Positions 33,358 to 34,663 of a stretch of DNA of 34,663 bases are shown here, in pieces. Each line of letters opens with the position of its first letter. The stretch's first letter is position 1. The stretch is from the IMG/VR virus record IMGVR_UViG_3300004213_000018, positions 1 through 34,663 of that record; one strand, 5' to 3'. This DNA is from a virus. Taxonomy: Duplodnaviria > Caudoviricetes. The notes beneath the pieces were generated by a model. It was not told the origin of the DNA. It was given only the letters and a program-made list of their open reading frames with translations, and made no database searches. The translations under genes were made by a program, and so were the position numbers.

Positions 33358-34662
33358 TCAGGCCTTGCGGACGAGGTCCGCCGGGCTGCTGCGATCGCGG
33401 TAGTAGCCGCCGTCGATCGAGTAATCCGCGCCGTTGTCACCCTTGATCGGGTAGGTGCGGCTCGGATCGATCTCGACGATCTTCACCGTCTGGCCGTTCG
33501 CGGTGACGACGGTGTCGCCGACCGAGAGGTTCAGCTTGCCGTAGCCCTGCGGCTTGGGCGTCCAGCCGGCGCGGAACACCAGATCAACCGGCGTGGTGCG
33601 AGCGATCTCGCGCTTCCACTGACGACCATTGTCGGCCCACACGACCTGACCGTTCGACAACGACACCATGCCGCCGTTGATGCTGGTGATCGTGGTCTTC
33701 ATGCCGGAGCGATCGAACCACGTCTGACCGACCTCGAAATCGTCAGCGGTCAGATCGAACTCGATCTCCTTGACGACGTCCCGCGCCTCGGTGCGGTTGG
33801 TCGACGCCGGATACTGGCGACCGTCCTTGTAGATGTTGATGACCGCGCCGTCCGTGCGGATCAGCGTGGCGTACTCGCTGCCGACCGCGGTGCAGATGGC
33901 GTTGCCGCCATTGCGCGCCCGGTAGACGTGACCGACCTGCAAGGTGCCCTCGAAGAAGCGCGCCAGCGACACGGGAGCCGCCGCCGCACGATCGAAGCCG
34001 GTGAACACCGGGCGGCCCTGCGGGTAATATTCGGCGACCTTGTCGTAAGGCACCTCGCCGACGATGTCGTAGCCGCACGCCCGGCCCTTGCGCAGGTGAT
34101 AGTCGCTCGGGAACGACACGATGTCGCGCGGGTGGATCTTCACGACCACGATGCGGCTACCGCCCGACGCATAGTTCGAGAGGTAGGACGCGGCGCAGAA
34201 GTGCAGGCCCTGCGAGCAGGTGCGATCGGGGTTGGCATCGCACTCGTCGCGCGGCTGCTCGACACGGTTGCCGACGCGGTGGTCGAAGCGCGTGTCGCTC
34301 GGCGAGTGGATTGAGCGGTAGTCGTCGCGCACCGCCTTCCAGGCCAGCACATAACCGTCGCCGGTGATCGGCAGCTTGGCCGACTGCAGCCAGTCGAACA
34401 GGTCGGCCTGCACACGCGGGTCGGGGTTCTCGCTGACGTTCTGCAGGAAGATCTTGAGCGGTTCCGCGAGGGCGTCGTCGCCCGCCCGGATGAACTCCAT
34501 GATCTTCGCGCCGAGCGAGGTGCGCACCTCGGCACCACCGCGACCATCGCCGTGATCGAGATAGAGCTTGCCATTCTTGACGTACACCGCGCCGCTGGTG
34601 AACGTCTTGATCGTCTCGGGAATGTCGAGCAGCGGCTTGAGATCATCCTCGGTGGTGTGGGG
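33358..34662 (-). CDS. rIIB: rIIB-like protein with three C-terminal repeats; 5' end outside the window
   Basis: FLQNVSENP, LFDWL, LPITGDGYVLAWKAV, CDANPDRTCSQGLH, VVKIHPRDIVSFPSDY, KGRACGY. The frame is open to the window edge. Confidence 0.88.
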   Translation of the reverse strand, partial: PHTTEDDLKPLLDIPETIKTFTSGAVYVKNGKLYLDHGDGRGGAEVRTSLGAKIMEFIRAGDDALAEPLKIFLQNVSENPDPRVQADLFDWLQSAKLPITGDGYVLAWKAVRDDYRSIHSPSDTRFDHRVGNRVEQPRDECDANPDRTCSQGLHFCAASYLSNYASGGSRIVVVKIHPRDIVSFPSDYHLRKGRACGYDIVGEVPYDKVAEYYPQGRPVFTGFDRAAAAPVSLARFFEGTLQVGHVYRARNGGNAICTAVGSEYATLIRTDGAVINIYKDGRQYPASTNRTEARDVVKEIEFDLTADDFEVGQTWFDRSGMKTTITSINGGMVSLSNGQVVWADNGRQWKREIARTTPVDLVFRAGWTPKPQGYGKLNLSVGDTVVTANGQTVKIVEIDPSRTYPIKGDNGADYSIDGGYYRDRSSPADLVRKA

Positions 34663-34663
34663 G

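Noticed and set aside
1-34663. tRNA or other RNA genes
   Set aside because: Intergenic gaps are short, and no cloverleaf with a TTC-containing T-loop was recognised by eye.

Overview
High-GC, densely packed fragment of a dsDNA tailed phage, probably lytic and infecting an alphaproteobacterium (inferred from the gene families and promoter style). No capsid, terminase or integrase gene is visible. Most genes are on the minus strand and form an early/replication region: rIIB, a C5-methyltransferase-like gene, ATP-dependent ligase, class II ribonucleotide reductase, HD hydrolase, phosphoesterase, nucleotidyltransferase, SF2 helicase, a stand-alone DnaA domain-IV protein, 5'-3' exonuclease, kinase, Arc-like regulator, family A polymerase, resolvase, DEDD exonuclease, MazG-like protein, SbcD, dUTPase, SbcC, ThyA and a DUF5664-type dNTP diphosphohydrolase. 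A plus-strand lysis cassette (GH108 endolysin, membrane proteins, i-/o-spanins) lies between sbcC and sbcD. Three endonuclease-VII-type free-standing nuclease genes are present. The most striking unexplained signal is a family of palindromic sites with core TTRC-CGG-GTAA. Two long AT-rich ~62-bp copies (4393, 16881) and three short copies (2400, 16561, 25723) are arranged so that sbcC and a DUF1653 gene are each bracketed by a long site upstream and a short site at the stop codon. All family assignments come from motif recognition by eye, not from database searches.
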